Part shown: positions 61,700-64,000 of the stretch, one piece after another
How the letters are laid out: each line of letters starts with the position of its first letter
How positions within the stretch are numbered: the first letter of the stretch is position 1
NCBI RefSeq assembly: GCF_020745735.1
Contig: NC_083404.1
Coordinates: 21,824,001 to 21,888,000 of the forward strand
Source: Hemiscyllium ocellatum
Taxonomy: Eukaryota
Direction: 5' to 3'
DNA: 64,000 nt
The notes under the pieces: generated by a model
Told to the model about the DNA's origin: nothing
The model's database searches: none
What the model saw: the letters and a program-made list of their open reading frames with translations, nothing else
Program-made: the position numbers and the translations under genes

Positions 61700-63895
61700 G
61701 CTAGGCGATTTTAACTTTCCAAACATAGACTGAGATTGCCATAGTGTTAAGGGTTTAGATGGAGAGGAATTTGTTAAGTGTGTACAAGACAATTTTCTGA
61801 TTCAGTATGTGGATGTACCGAGTAGAGAAGATGCAAAACTTGACCTACTGTTGGGAAATAATGCAGGTCAAGTGACTGCGGTGTCAGTGGGGGAGCACTT
61901 TGGGGCCAGCGACCATAATTCTTTGTAAAATAATGATGGAAAAGGATAGACCAGGTCTAAAAGTTGAAGTTCTAAATTGGAGAAAGGCCTATTTTGATGT
62001 TATTGGGCAAGAACTTTCGAAAGCTGATTGGGGGCAGATGTTCGCAGGCCTGAAAATGGGAAGCCTTCAGAAATGAAATAATGAGCATTCAGAGGATGCA
62101 CATTCCCATTTGGATGAAAGGAAAGGCTGGTAGGTGTAGGGAATGCTGGATGACTAGAGAAATTGAGGGTTTAATTAAGAAAAAGAAGGAAGCATATGTA
62201 AGGTCTAGACAGGATAGGTCGAGCGAATCCTTAGAGTACAAAGAAAGTAGGAGTATACTTAAGAGGGAAATCAGAAGGGCAAAAAAGGGACATGAGATAG
62301 TTTTGGCAAATAGAATTAAGGAGCATCCAAAGAGTTTTACAAATACATTAAGGACAAAAGGGTAACTAGGGAGAGAATAGGGCCCCACAAAGATCAGCAA
62401 GGTGGCCTTTGTGTGGAGCCTTAGAAAATGGGGGAGATACTAAATGAGGTTGGCTAACGTGGCGTACTATTTAAGAAGGGTGGTAAGGACAAACCAGGGA
62501 ATTATGGATCAGTGAGCCTGACCTCGGTGATGGACAAGTTATTGGAGGGAATCCTGAGGGACAGGATGTACGTGTATTTGAAAAGGCAAGGACTGATTAG
62601 GGATAGTCAACATGGCTTTGTACATGGGAAAACATGTCTCATAAACTTGATTGAGTTTTTTGAGGAAGTAGCAAAGAGGATTGATGAGGGCTGAGCGGTA
62701 GATGTGATCTGTGTGGACTTCAGTAAGGTACTCAACAAGGTTCCCCATGGGAGACTGGCTAGCAAGGTTAGATCTCATGGAATACAGGGATAACTAACCA
62801 TTTAGATACAGAACTGGCTCAAAGGTCGAAGACAGAGGGTGGTGGTGGAGGATTGTTTTTCAGACTGAAGGACTGTGACCAGTGGAGTGCCACATGGATC
62901 AGTGCTGGGCCTTCTACTTTTTGTCATTTACATAAATGATTTGGACGTGAGCATAAGAGGTACAGTTAGTAAGTTTGCAGATGACACCAACATTGGAGGT
63001 GTAGTGGACAGTGAAGAGGGTTACCTTAGATTACAACAAGATTTGGAACAAATGGGCCAATGGGCTGAGAAGTGGTAGATGGAGTTTAATTCAGATAAAT
63101 GTGAGATGCTGCATTTTGAGAAAGCAAATCTTAGCAGGACTTATACACTTAAAGGTAAGGTCCTAGGGAATGTTGCTGAACAAAGAGGCCTTGGAGTGCA
63201 GGTTCATAGGTTCTTGAAAGTGGAGTCACAGGTAGATAGGATAATGAAGAAGGAGTTTGGTATGCTTTCCTTTGTTGGTCAGAGTATTAAGTACAGGAGT
63301 TGGAAAGTCATGTTGCGGCATTTCAGGACATTGGTTAGACCACTGTTGGAATATTGCATGCAATTCTGGTCTCCTTCCTATCAGAAAGATGTTGTGAAAC
63401 TTGAAAGGGTTCAGAAAAGATTTACAAGGATGTTGCCAGGGTTGGAGGATTTGAGCTATTTTCTTAACAGGCTGGAGCTTTTTTCCTTGGAGCGTTGGTG
63501 GCTGAGGGGTGATCTTAGAGAGGTTTACAAAATTATGAGGGACATGGTTATGGTAAATAGACAAAGTCTTTTCCCTGGGATTGGGGAGTCCAGGACTAGA
63601 GGGCATAAGTTTAGGGTGAGTGGGGAAAGATATAAAAGAGACTTAAGAGGCAACGTTTTCACACAGAGGGTGGTATGTGTCTGGAATGAGCTGCTAGAGG
63701 AAATGGTGGAGTCTGGTACAATTGCAACATTTAAAAGGAATTTGGTTGGGTATATGAATAGGAAGGGTTTGGGGGGATTTGGGCCAGGTGCTGGCAGTTG
63801 GGACGAGATTGGGTTGGGATATCTGGTCTGTTGGACCGAAGGGTCTGTTTCCATCCTGTACATCTCTATAACTCTATGACTCTATGACTGTATGA
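61700..63895 (+). mobile_element. HER1-like CR1, 5'-truncated in the endonuclease, with an internal deletion of about 260 bp
   Basis: GDFNFPNID start; ORFs 62081, 62512, 62875 (KFADD) and 63079; (ctatgact)n tail; collinear with 10448-14060 except at 62447. Confidence 0.95.
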
Positions 63896-64000
63896 TATTG
63901 AACTCATTGCACACCAGAAGGCTTGGGTACCAGAAAGATAACACTGATGTCTTCATATGTAACTTTTGGTTTGCTGCATGCAGGTTGGAGTTATTTGGAA

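Overview
Eukaryotic, AT-rich, repeat-dense DNA that reads as a cartilaginous-fish (shark) intron or intergenic region. The taxon is an inference from HE1-like V-SINEs, HER1-like CR1 LINEs with (CTATGACT)n tails and abundant Penelope elements. No intact host protein-coding gene is recognisable. Every recognisable ORF belongs to a retroelement (CR1 esterase/endonuclease/RT, Neptune-type Penelope GIY-YIG, Rex1/Babar, Gypsy RNase H/integrase) or is an antisense shadow of one. The most interesting signal is about 20 Penelope pseudo-LTR (pLTR) copies from at least three sequence families, each built around a minimal type I hammerhead ribozyme. Most are 100-250 bp stand-alone insertions with 9-16 bp target-site duplications (TSDs), and many are folded back as inverted pairs whose breakpoints lie in or beside the ribozyme. 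Two cores are intact in near-identical young copies, a third is intact in a different family, and two carry a possibly compensatory U3-A8 core variant. Also present: a young CpG-rich 757-bp solo LTR with a 4-bp TSD, an older solo LTR, a TA-flanked MITE, an unexplained ~510-bp foldback, several nested insertion stacks, and weak candidate minus-strand exons and enhancer-like unique stretches. All alignments were done by eye, and boundaries of old repeats are approximate.
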